A DNA stretch of 64,000 bases from Monocercomonoides exilis PA203. Its lineage: Eukaryota; Protista; Preaxostyla. The stretch is taken from the NCBI GenBank assembly GCA_001643675.2, contig LSRY02000023.1:1116001-1180000 (forward strand), written 5' to 3'. The position numbers and the translations under genes are program-made. The notes beneath the pieces were generated by a model. The model was not told the DNA's origin. It did no database searches and saw nothing but the letters and a program-made list of their open reading frames with translations. This document shows positions 49,773-61,200 of the stretch, one piece after another. Position 1 is the first letter of the stretch. Each line of letters starts with the position of its first letter.

Positions 49773-51262
49773 ATGACAACTCCAAAAGTATTTTTGGACC
49801 AAGCGATAAATGCAAATCGCGCTGCTGTATGTGCAGAAAAAGAAGAGCGCTATGGAGATGCATTCGAATATTACAAGCAAGCTTGCCTTGCGTTATCTTT
49901 GGCTGCAAAATATGAATCTTTTTCTTCGACAAAGAAAAAATACGAGGATATACTTCGTGACATGTTAACACGTGCAGAGTATATAAGAACACAGCTATCA
50001 GCTCCTCAAGTTGAAAGTGCTGTCGCAGAGGAAAACAATCCTTCATCAAAAACCAAAAAATCGGATAATGAAGAAGATAGAAATCTTCAAGAAGCTTTGA
50101 AAGAAGCTATTTTGCAAGAAAAACCATGCGTACATTGGAGTGATGTTGCTGGATTGGAACAAGCAAAACAATCACTAAAGGAAGCTGTTGTTTTGCCAAT
50201 AAGATTTCCTGAGCTCTTTGTGGGTAAAAGAAGGCCTTGGAAAGGAATTTTATTATTTGGGGTTTGGGGATACTTTTTTTTGGGAATTATTAGTTTTATA
50301 TTTCACATAACTGTTAAAAAATATATTTTTTAGCCACCAGGTACAGGAAAGTCGTTTTTAGCGAAGGCAGTTGCAACAGAAGTTGATGCAACTTTCTTTT
50401 CTGTTTCATCTGCCGATTTAATGTCAAAATGGGTTGGTCAAAGTGAAAAATTAGTCAGAGCCTTATTTGAGCTTGCACGTGAACACAAACCATCAATTGT
50501 GTTTATTGATGAAATAGATTCGATAGCTGGCAAAAGAGGAGATGGTGATTCAGAATCGTCGAGACGTGTTAAAACAGAACTTTTAATTCAAATGCAGGGT
50601 GTTGGCTCTCAAAACGACGGAATTCTTTTTTTGGGTGCGACAAATACGCCGTGGGATCTTGATACGGCAGTTATTCGAAGATTTGATAAAAGAATACATG
50701 TTGGGCTTCCTGATGAACGCAGCAGAGAAACGCTTTTCCGTTTGCATCTTGGTGATACGCCAAATACACTAACGAACGAAGACTTTAAAACACTCGCCAT
50801 GAAATCAGAAGGGTATTTGCAATTTTTTTTATCATGTTTAATTGTTTCATATATAAATAATATAAATAGATACTCCGGATCTGATATTGGAATTGTTGTG
50901 CAAGATGCGTTGATGCAGCCAATCAGGCGTTTGCAATCGACGACACATTTTAAACAGATTGAAACAACAGAAAGTGATGGGACAGTTGTTATGAAGTGGA
51001 TGGGAGTAGCACCGAATGAAGAAGGAAGCATTGAGACAGACCTGCTTTCAATTCCACGTGGATGCATCGTGACGCCTCCTGTGACAATGGTATGAAGTTT
51101 TGATTGTTCTGTTAGGTCAGGTTATTTAATTAATTAATTAATTATTTATTTATTTTAAAGATGGACGTGTACTCTTCTTTGCTTGGAAGTCGATCTTCTG
51201 TTTCTGAAAGTGATATAAAGCGCTGTCTGAAATGGATGGATGAATTTGGGATGTCTGCTTAA
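49773..51262 (+). CDS. VPS4: Vps4 AAA+ ATPase with MIT domain, three introns
   Basis: MIT N-terminus, [33 protein letters not shown]|[16 protein letters not shown] (Walker A), IVFIDEIDS (Walker B), [19 protein letters not shown] and a C-terminal DEFG. Confidence 0.97.
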
Positions 51263-52032
51263 CTGCACATGATTATTGCTTTGTTTAAAAACTTTTTTTT
51301 TTTTAAAATTGAAATCAAACCTTTTATGAAGATATTTTTTATGTACTTTTTTATTTCGTTTGAGGCTTCTTATTCATTAGGAAGTTATGTTCAGCAAACA
51401 TTTTTTTGGCCTAGCCTCGTGAATTTCATTGTGGTTTTAATATTTTTTTTCAAATTTCGCTCTATTTTTTTTTTTTTTTAAATGATTTTTAGCAAAATAA
51501 AATTAAAGAAAAGAATATAACTTATTAAATTTTTATGTATTTATTTGTTTTATTGATTTTTTTATGAAATTTATAATTTTGAGAAAGGAAGTTTTTTGTT
51601 AATTTTTTTAATACAGTTGAGCAATTTAAAGTTTGGCTTTTTATTTTCCTACGAACGTGTGAATAGCTGTGAATTATTAACTTTTTTTTGAAATTAGTCA
51701 TTTGAAGATTTATGAAAGATTTCAATATTGTCTTGTAAATTGAAAAGAATGATATTGTTCATTCCATGTTTTCAGCCAATATTTTTTTTTTCACTCTTAC
51801 TTTTTGGGACGAAATATTTTTCTTTAAGAATTATGTTCCACTCATTGCCTTCAAAGATTTTTCTGAACTTTTTCGTATTACTATATTTTATTTTGCACGA
51901 TAATGCCAGAATTACAATTATTCAAATGCAGAAAAAGTTTGGAGCAAATCATTTTATTTTTCATAAATTCAAAAATTCTGTTGCTTTTCCAAAATTTTTT
52001 GTAAACTTTTGATTAACTATATTTTTAAAATT

Positions 52033-53533
52033 GGCATGATCCGAAGATATCGTCATCTTCAAAATTTACAAATTTGTTATTATTTTGTCTTATAAACACA
52101 TTATTACAATTAATAAAATAGTTTTATGTGTCGGAAATGTTTTTCCAAAAAATAAAATATTCCTACAATATGCTAATATTTAATTCATTTGATGGGTTTT
52201 GATCAAAGTTGATCTCATGGCGCGTGATGTCAAACTCATCAGAAAAGAAGAAATATACGAGCTCAATCGTTTGTTTTATAATGATGACAGGGCATAGGAT
52301 TGGTTCATTAATGAAATCGTCAGTGATCGCATTCCGATGTGCAGCAAGCATAGAGTCTTCAAACATTTACACAAAAATGGAAAATACAGATATTTTACCT
52401 GTCCGACGTGCAAGACTAAGACAAGCGTCCTTTCCGATACGAAATTCAGCAAAACAAAATCAGGATTGGGTATCACTCTGCTTGTTTGTCAGTATTACTG
52501 GATGAAAATTCCTAATAAAACAATTGCTACGTTACTTTTAGTTGATGAAGACACAGTTGGCTATTGGGGAAGTGACATCAGAAAAACATGTGCTGACATA
52601 TGGAATGAGAGGCAGGTATCAATAGGAGGAGAAGGCAAAATTGGAGAAATTGATGAAGCAATATGGAGGAAAAGAAAATTTCATCGTGGAAGAAAGAAGA
52701 AACAAATATGGATTTTTGAAGGCGTGGAGAGGAAAGAGGATAGAGGAGCTGGAGGAAGATTCATGGTCGTGGTACCAAACAGAAAAAGATAGACGCTCAT
52801 TCCATTGATACAGAAGTACATTAAGGAAGGGACAACAATTATGTCTGATGAATGGTGAGCGTACGACATTTTGGAGACTCTGGGTTACAAGCATATGAAA
52901 GTTTGCCACAAAAGGCAACTCTTCAATAAGGACACGGGAGCATGCACAAATACAATTGAGGGGTTGTGGCATCATTTACGATGCACTTTTCCGCTTTTGG
53001 AACTCGCATTCGATTGATGCATGATTATCTATCTCTTTATCTTGTCAAATCTTCATTTAACATCACTTCTCCTGAACTCGTTAAGAACCTTTGCATGGAA
53101 AATGATGATGACGATGATGAAAAAGAAATAGATGGAAACGAAACAGAAGAAGAAGAATCTGAAGAAATTGCTGATATAGATTATATTTTTGGTGATAAAG
53201 TTGAAGGAGAGAAAACAAAGTCAGAAAGTGACAATGGAGCAGGAGATGGTGAAAATGCATCTGAATATGAACCCTAAAAATAATTATTGATGATTATTTC
53301 ACATCATTTTTATTAAATACAACTTTCTCCATATAAATTTGATGGTAATAAATCACTTTAATAAATATTTGTTTTTATAAATTTTTTTGATCACGAAAAT
53401 TAAAAAAGTTTTTTCTCCAAAACCATGAACTTCCGACATGCGACAATAGCATAATAATAATGTGCAATGCATTGTTGAATTACCAACAAATTTTCAAAAA
53501 GATCTGAGGATGACGATATCTTCGGATTATACC
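52033..53533 (+). mobile_element. Full-length Merlin (IS1016/IS1595-like) DNA transposon, 1,501 bp
   Basis: 29-bp TIRs (52033-52061 and 53505-53533, 26/29 identical, starting GG), a perfect 8-bp TSD ttaaaatt (52025-52032 and 53534-53541), and an internal ISXO2-type transposase. Confidence 0.93.
52270..53277 (+). pseudogene. Merlin/ISXO2-like DDE transposase pseudogene
   Basis: CPTC zinc-ribbon, IGGEGKIGEIDE, RKRKFHRGR, WIFEGVER, VPNRKR*TLIPLI, GTTIMSDEW*AY and TGACTNTIEGLW. Stops at 52295, 52790 and 52856, plus a frameshift near 53000. The 5' boundary is approximate. Confidence 0.92.
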
Positions 53534-54245
53534 TTAAAATTTTATTGAAAGACAATTCTTTTTCGAATGATGAATTATTATCGGATCTGATGCAGCGCTT
53601 TTGTTTTAGAGTAGGATGATTTATAAACCCGAGCATTATCATCAACCTGGTATATTTGTTGTTTATTCAAACAAAAGAAACACAAATAAAAAAATAAAAA
53701 ACAAACAGCCACGTGCTTGTTAAACATTTTTTGATACTGTTCAGAATGTTTTATTCAATTTTAATACGGGGAAAATTTTTTGCTATCATGAAGAAAACTG
53801 AGATTTATTCCAAACTTTTTCTACAATCTTTTCATTATAAGTCAATTGTCAAAATTCAAAAAATGCAGAAAAATTTCAAAAATAAAGAAAAAAAAATTGG
53901 AAATATAGAAAGGAACAAAATTCATTAAACAAAAAATAATGTCCAGTATTTGATAATGATCGAAGAATTTTTTCACTATTTCTTGTCATTTGTTTTGTTT
54001 GTTTTTTACCAACTTTTTTTTGTCACTTTAAAGGTGTAATGTGGTGAGGCACACAAATTTTCTTTTCATATTTCAAAATATTTTTTGTTTTTGCATATTT
54101 TTTCTGGAATTTTTTGCATTTCATATTTTCAAACATAAAATATAATAAACTGTAAATGAAAGACTGCACAATATTTCACTGTGTGTGTGCAAAAACCGAA
54201 ACAATTGCAAAAAATTAAATATTACGTTTTTTTTTTGAAACATGA

Positions 54246-54497
54246 GTGATTATTTTTGAAATCATATTTTTTCATACATAATTATTATACCAAAAATTTG
54301 TCTTGAATATTAACATATGAACGTTGAAAAGTGAAAAGGCTTATTGAAGACATTATAATCTTTTATTCGGTAAAAATATTTGTTTAAAAAGGCAATTATC
54401 ATGCTTCTACTCTTTTAAATTAAAAATTTCTTTCAATAAACAAATAATCTTTGAAAATTTACACCCCGAAAAAATATATGATTTCAAAAATAATCAC
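54246..54497. repeat. Inverted repeat with perfect 22-bp arms
   Basis: gtgattatttttgaaatcatat (54246-54267) and atatgatttcaaaaataatcac (54476-54497). Confidence 0.85.
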
Positions 54498-54851
54498 CCA
54501 CATACAAAAAAATTTTTTTTAATAATTAATACATTATTTAAAATTATCACAAGCGATTATAAATAATGCATTAAAATGAATGATAATATATTTATTTAAA
54601 AAGGGAGATTTTCCACAAAGAAATACTCGAAAAGTTGGAAATCCCGCAGAGATATGTCTTTTACAGGCAATTTTTCACCATTTAATGTAAAAAGCTAACA
54701 CAGAAAATATAAATTATTTTGGAAAAAGATAAAAATTTGAAGGAAAAATGATAATTGAATGAATTCTCTTGGCGAGATATCTAGTTATATTTAAAGTCGA
54801 TGATATTTAACGAAAGAAGAAAAATAAAATAATTGTTCAAATTATATTGGA

Positions 54852-55094
54852 TTGTCTTAATTTTTTTGAAAAGTTCATTAAGAAAAATTTTCAAATAAAA
54901 TATAATTTTCATATTTCGATCAAATTTCTGTTCCCACTTAAAAACTTGACAAAAGTGGAAATAAAAACAATGTCAAGATTTTGTTTTCACGATAGCGAAA
55001 TTTGGTGAGTGGGAACAGAAATTTGATCAAAATATGAATTTTTTATCTATTTGAAAATTAAACAAAAGGAACTTTTCAAAAAAAATTTTGACAA
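54852..55094. repeat. Imperfect palindrome with ~87-bp arms and a small hairpin in the spacer
   Basis: catatttcgatcaaatttctgttcccact pairs with agtgggaacagaaatttgatcaaaatatg, and ttttttgaaaagttc with gaacttttcaaaaaa. The spacer holds cttgaca...tgtcaag. Confidence 0.88.
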
Positions 55095-55353
55095 TTGGTA
55101 CTTTATTTTGAAGAAGCCATCAATTAGTGATATTCATTTTTGCATATGAATTATTAATTCCGAAATTAAAACAATTTTTAAAAAATTAAGTGAAGACAAA
55201 GTCGAAAAGAAAGATATTGAACATTGCCTGAACATTTTGAAGCACTAAGTCAATGATTGGCTTAACATTTTTTGACAATTAAAAATCAATTTCCCATAAT
55301 AAATCCAGTTCGACTTGATCAAGCACGCTTGAGAGCATCTTTAAGAGCTAATG

Positions 55354-55608
55354 TGGGTTATTCTTTATGTAAAATCGCAAATGTTTCATATTTGCGTTAA
55401 ATAAAAAATGAACTCATTTGATCATTTTTGTAAATAAATATATCAAACGCAATAATTACGCAAATTATAATTCGCAGACCTATTTGATGCTGGAATAAGT
55501 GCATAATAAAGAAATTCATTGGATTTATTTTCAAAAATGATCAAATAAGTTCCTTTTTTATTTAACTTAGATATTAAACATTTGTGACTTTTCAAAAAGA
55601 ATAACCCA
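55354..55608. repeat. Imperfect palindrome with ~87-bp arms
   Basis: tgggttattcttt...gttaaataaaaaa...atttgatcatttttg pairs with caaaaatgatcaaat...ttttttatttaac...aaagaataaccca. Confidence 0.88.
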
Positions 55609-56190
55609 TATAGAATTCTTTCTCACTCATTTGCGAACTTTGATACTTATTGAAAAATAATAACGTCATTATTTAATAAAGAAATAACAGGATATAATCA
55701 TTTCGAATATAATCATCTGAGTTTCAAGAATGCCTCTGTGACCTGACAAATCACTTGAAGCCTCGTCTGTCACAAATAATAAAAATAAAAATAAAAAAAT
55801 AAAGAAATAAAAAAAAAATAATAAATAAAAATAAAACGAAAAGAAAATAAAATAAAATGTTCTTTTTTTTGATTAAAAATTAGAAAAATATCAACTATAG
55901 GAAAAATTCTAAAGACTTTTCTAAGCACTTTTGAAAAGATTTGTTGATTGCATCTGTAATATCTTGTTGTTTTTTCTCTTATGTCAGTGACCGTCAGTGA
56001 ACATCAATGACAAATTGTGACAGAATTATTCCTCAACTGATATTCCTATCAATAAAATTGTGAGTTGTGAACTTGATCACATTAATTAAAAATGTTATTA
56101 TTTCTACATAACAAGAATTGTTATATATCGATTTTCAAATTCATTATTATAGCAATTGAGAATTGTGAAATCGAAACAAATATCCATTTT

Positions 56191-57133
56191 TTGACAAATC
56201 ATAAATGCACCATTTATTATTCAAATTTGGTGAACTTATTGTTTGAAATTGTTAAACTTCTTATACAAAATTAATAAACTTATTATTCGTAATTGGTCAA
56301 CTAATTAATCAAAATTAATAAAATTCAGTATTTTTTGAAAAAAAATTTTTTGATATAATATGATCATTGGCCGAGTGTCGGAAAGTGATTGAAATGTTTT
56401 GTTTTTTCATTATTCTTAAAAATGATGAAAAATTGAACCTCTAATATAATTATTTTTCAAAAAACATGAAGCTTTTTGATTTTGCAGAAAAAATTCATCA
56501 TCATGTAAATCGGATAATATTTGAATTATTTCACCTCACTTTGTGGAATAATAAAGAATTCAATCATAAAATATTTTTTGAAACAATTTAGCAAAACTAT
56601 ATGTAAATATTTTTCTCAACTGTATAAATCCATGAATGCGTTTTCGGAATTCTTATATTGTTTTTTATTGTTCATCTGAATTAACTTAAATTTTGACAGT
56701 TTTTCTTGATTGAATAAGATATTTTTTATAAATGTGAGGTGAAATATTCAAAAATTATCCTATTTCTGCGATGATGGTTTTTTTCCAAAAAAATCATAAA
56801 ATTTCATGTTTATTCACAAATAATAATAATCTGGGTTCAAATTCTCATCTATATTTCGAATATTGAGAGAATATAATATTTTCAATATTTTCTGATATTC
56901 ATCCATAAACCAATTTTTCACAAAATAATTTTTTTGTAAAAAATACTGATTTTTATAAATTTTGAATAAGAAGTTTAACAACTTTGAATAATTTGTTTTC
57001 CAAAATCGAATAATTTGTTTGTTAATTTTGAACAAAACGTTTTTCAATTTCGAATAATAAGTTGACCAATTTCGAATAATAAGTTTACCAAATTTGAATA
57101 ATAAATGGTGTATCTTGTCAGAAATTTTGTCAA
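56191..57133. mobile_element. Foldback-like structure: long inverted arms built from 22-bp tandem repeats around an inner palindrome
   Basis: Five 22-bp units at 56209-56318 and seven inverted units at 56956-57109 (consensus about taaacttattattcgaaattgg). The outer 24 bp caccatttattattcaaatttggt is a perfect inverted match. Mobility is inference. Confidence 0.6.
56462..56811. repeat. Imperfect palindrome with ~88-bp arms nested inside the foldback
   Basis: aaacatgaa...ggataat...ttgaat.tatttcacctcac pairs with gtgaggtgaaata.ttcaa...attatcc...ttcatgttt. Confidence 0.85.
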
Positions 57134-57218
57134 TGTTTCAATTTTCTCTTGTCATGTCACAGAGGTTTTGTTTCCGGTTTCACTTTTCAATTCAACAACC
57201 TCCCCCCTTCACCCCCCG

Positions 57219-57220
<2 letters not shown>

Positions 57221-57294
<74 letters not shown>
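57221..57294. repeat. (AC)n microsatellite, about 36 units, preceded by a C-rich tract
   Basis: Seen directly. Confidence 0.97.
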
Positions 57295-57296
<2 letters not shown>

Positions 57297-58222
57297 TTTT
57301 TTCCATTTATATTCAATCGCATATAAATGCACGGCTGATATATTGTCAATTTTTTTTTTTCTCTATTGGTGGATTTTTCAATGAAAAATCGATTTTTTTT
57401 GACTTGAATCATAAGAAAAGAACAACAAAAATGTTCGTTTAAATTAGTCTTAATGACATTATTAAACCTGAAAAAATGATTGCATACGTTAAAAAATGTG
57501 CTTTTGTGAAGAATTTTTATAAATGGAAAATTTGACCCAAATATTATTTTATGAATGAAAAAATTGAATTCTTTTCAAAGTTTAGAAACGTTATATCAAA
57601 TCGCAATCGGATTTTGTCACAAAAAGTTGGGGCAGAATATTCACTTTTATGAAAAAATCAATAATTTATTTCAAACTTTGATTGCAATCGTTAAATTATT
57701 TTTCTGACGTTTTCACGCAATCTTAAATATAAAAATATTCAAAAATCGAGGAAAATCTTTGAAAGTTCCACGTGGAACAAAATTCAAAAAGCAAAAAATT
57801 TCGTCCCAGTTGTGCAAAAACCGATGTGATAAGATCCTATTTGAACTGTATTCAATTGTGTTAAAATTTTCGAAACAATAACTTTTTACGAAGTGTAGAT
57901 AATGCAAAAAATAATTTGTTCACAAATGGAAATAATTCATTCATGTGAAAAATCATTCAAAATTGCTTAATAAAAACCCAATTGTTAAGTAAAATTTTCA
58001 AATTATTATCAAATATTTGCGTTATCACTTTTTCGAATTCGTAAACCACATATACTACACAAATAATTAAACAGATAATCTTTATTGAAAGTATTCGATT
58101 TGAATAATAAAAACAAGAAAAAACAATGTTGTATTTTTATTCAAATTATGGTTCATCCTGCACCCAAAATTATTAATTTATTTGAATTTGAAGAAAAAGA
58201 AAATTGATTTTGAGAATCAAAA

Positions 58223-61200
58223 TGAATCTCATGATGGTCATTTCTATCATTCAGGTGATAGAAATTAACTTTCAATGCTTGAACAAGTGCACTGCAAAAG
58301 AAACAATTGGAACAATTCCTGAAATAGTTAATATGCAAAAGATTCCTGCAAGTGGCTGGACAACTTCAACGGAAGCTGAAAGCAATTACAATTTGAAGAA
58401 AATAAATACCAAAGCACAATATGAGCAGAGGAGTTCTGAATATGATGAATCTGCTCGATCGAAAAGAAAATTGAGAAAAACAGAAAACAACAGAATAGAA
58501 ACGACAAATTGAAACCCAAACAAGAATAATGTGACAACTGAAGGAGATTTAACAAATGTTTCTGTTTCCAATGACAAGAAGGATAAAGCTTGTATCAAAG
58601 AAAGCAAGATGTTGATCAATGCATTTCTTAATAATTCATCGCTTTTATTCATGAATTTAAGGATGGTGACAGCGAAAAATAACAGTTCAATAATCTTAAG
58701 GACTGAAAGTGTTTCAAAGCTTATTGAATGTTATTTTAAGATCAGAAGTGGTATATGCCCATTTGATTTGTGTGAAAGTCAAATATATCTTGTTTACTTC
58801 ACACTTCGTTTTTGGGATTCGCAACAGTCCAATATGCCAACTCTTTTCAGCCAAAAACTGAGTGATGAAGAAAAAGTTCAATCAGTTAATTGTGTTTCGG
58901 TTTTCTCTTCACACTTTTCTTCTTTTTTCGTTTCTTCTTCCCCATTCCTGTCATTACCCTTTAAACACCTAATATCCCTCTCACAACTGACATTTTTCAA
59001 TATTTCAAAAACAAATGATGAATGGTCACCTCCAGCCACTTCATTTTCCCGAGCCTCATGTCTGATGAGCAGCTGCTCATTCACATCAGTTTGCGATGTA
59101 TTGATGGAGGGATCATCCCTTCTCTGAACAATCATTTGGCTTCATTGTCTGCTTTAAACACCTCATTTATTAGGTGTTATCAAACAAGAAATGTGAAATG
59201 TGAAGGTACTGCAAATAAAAAATTAAAGCCAGGGAGACAAAACGAAACGGAAAATGGACCGAATACATTCTCGTGGTGCGAATGGAATGGATCAAATACA
59301 ACAGGAGAAGTTGTCTTAAATACAGACGGAATATCGAGTGAAGGTGCGATTTGCATGTCCAATCTCAATTCCGGAAAGCTTTTAGTTACCTTTTGCTCAT
59401 TCAATGATTGCTATGCACATTGGGACGGTGGAGCAATTAAATGTTATCCAATTAATTCGGTGCAGATTGAAAACAGCTCTTTCAGTTTATGCGAAGCAAA
59501 ATATTCTACGGGAGGGGGAATGTTTATCAGATCAATTTTGAAATGTTTCGTGATGAGCGGTTGTGAATTCTTAAAATGCAAAGCAAGAAACGGAGGAGGA
59601 GCAATACTAATTCATGATTTAAATGAGTCAAAATCTGATTGTACCGCAACTGTAAGTGGTATTGCGGAGAGCGCTTGTGTGTTTGAGTGCTCTTTTTGAA
59701 CATGTTCTCTGACAGGTTCACATGGTGGAGGAATGTATTGCGCAAAGGTTCCAGCTGGATTCGAAATGTCGAGCATCCAGTTCCTTTTTTGCTCCGCTTT
59801 TCAAGAGGGAGGAGGGATGGAATTGAATCAAAGCTAATCAACAACTCCAAGCAACAACATTTATTGTAACTTCTTCTTTTTTCATGATTGCAGATGTACC
59901 AATACCACTCCATATGGCCACGATGGAATGTATTATGATCGTTACAATCATTTCCAAGAATCGAATAATACTTTCTTTGAATCGTACACAACAAAAAGTT
60001 ATGCAAACAGATTATGGTATGCTTATTATTCAGGCAGTTATGTGTATCAACATACAGATAAGATGTGATGGCTGAACGTGGGGTTGAAGGATCGATATGT
60101 TGGGGTTAGTGGAAGTGACACGAACAATCTGTGTGGGATGAGCGAGTCAGCGCCTTGCAAGACAGTGGGGCATGCAGTGGAGTCGAGCATGGCGCAGCTG
60201 AGCTCGACAATCACTTAGCTGAGTGGGAGGCATGTGAGCGAAGGGGCGACGATCAGTGTTTGGGAAAAGAAGATTTCGATTGTTGGGGGAGGGAAGACAG
60301 TGAGTGTGATTGGGACAAGTGCGCTTTCTTCCTCTTCGACAACACTATTTTGCATATCTTCTGGTCAACTGGAGGTTGGGCATGTGGGTGTCGATCACAA
60401 CGCTTCAAGAAGCTCATCAACGAGTGTGTTTGTGATGTCTGTGGGGAGCGGGGCTCTTTCGCTGGAAGATGTGGCGATCGACTCTTCAACATCAGGAGGG
60501 AGTGGAATGACGAAGTGTGTGTTTGAAGTGGCGCTGACGCAGCGGAAGATGATTGATGTGGAGATCAAAACTATGAAAGTTAGCCAGTCTCTGTTCTCAG
60601 AACCATCATCAGGAGAAGTTGAATCAGAAGAGAGCTTTCTGTCAAATGTGACAATTCGAAATGTGAATCTGACTGAAGGAGATGGGGTGGTGATGGCAAA
60701 AAGCGTGAAGGCAGGAGAGACATTTGTGGTGTGGAATACAACAATGGAAGGATGTGAGTGTGTGAATGGGAATGGGGGAGGAATATATGTTGGATTGAAG
60801 GGAAATGGGAAAGTGGTTGTGAATGGAACGAGTGTGATTGATGGGAATAAGGCTGATAATAATGGAAGGAGAGGAGGGAAAGGAGGAGGGATGTTTGTGT
60901 TTATGGAGAGTGGGGGATGTGGATTGACAATTGGGCAGAATGTTCAGTTTTCGAAAGTGAATGCGAACGAGGCCTCATATAGGAAGGATGTGTTTGTGAG
61001 TTGTGGGAGTGGAGTGTTTTTGGATTCAAAAGTGAATACCAGTTCATTCGAATTCTTTGACACAAGAGTCATTCCATCAGATGTGTTGAGGTTGAGTGGG
61101 AGTGAAAATGGAGATGAAAATGGAGTGATTCCGCTGTTTGTGTATTTGTGCTCAATGGGAACAAAAGTGATTGTTGATGGGAGTGGAGGAAATGGGATGG

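Noticed and set aside
56209-57109. 22-bp repeats as a CRISPR array
   Set aside because: The units are contiguous with no spacers, degenerate and inverted. There are no cas genes and the context is eukaryotic.
57094-57442. ORFs containing THTHTH or CVCVCV
   Set aside because: They are translations of the (AC)n microsatellite.
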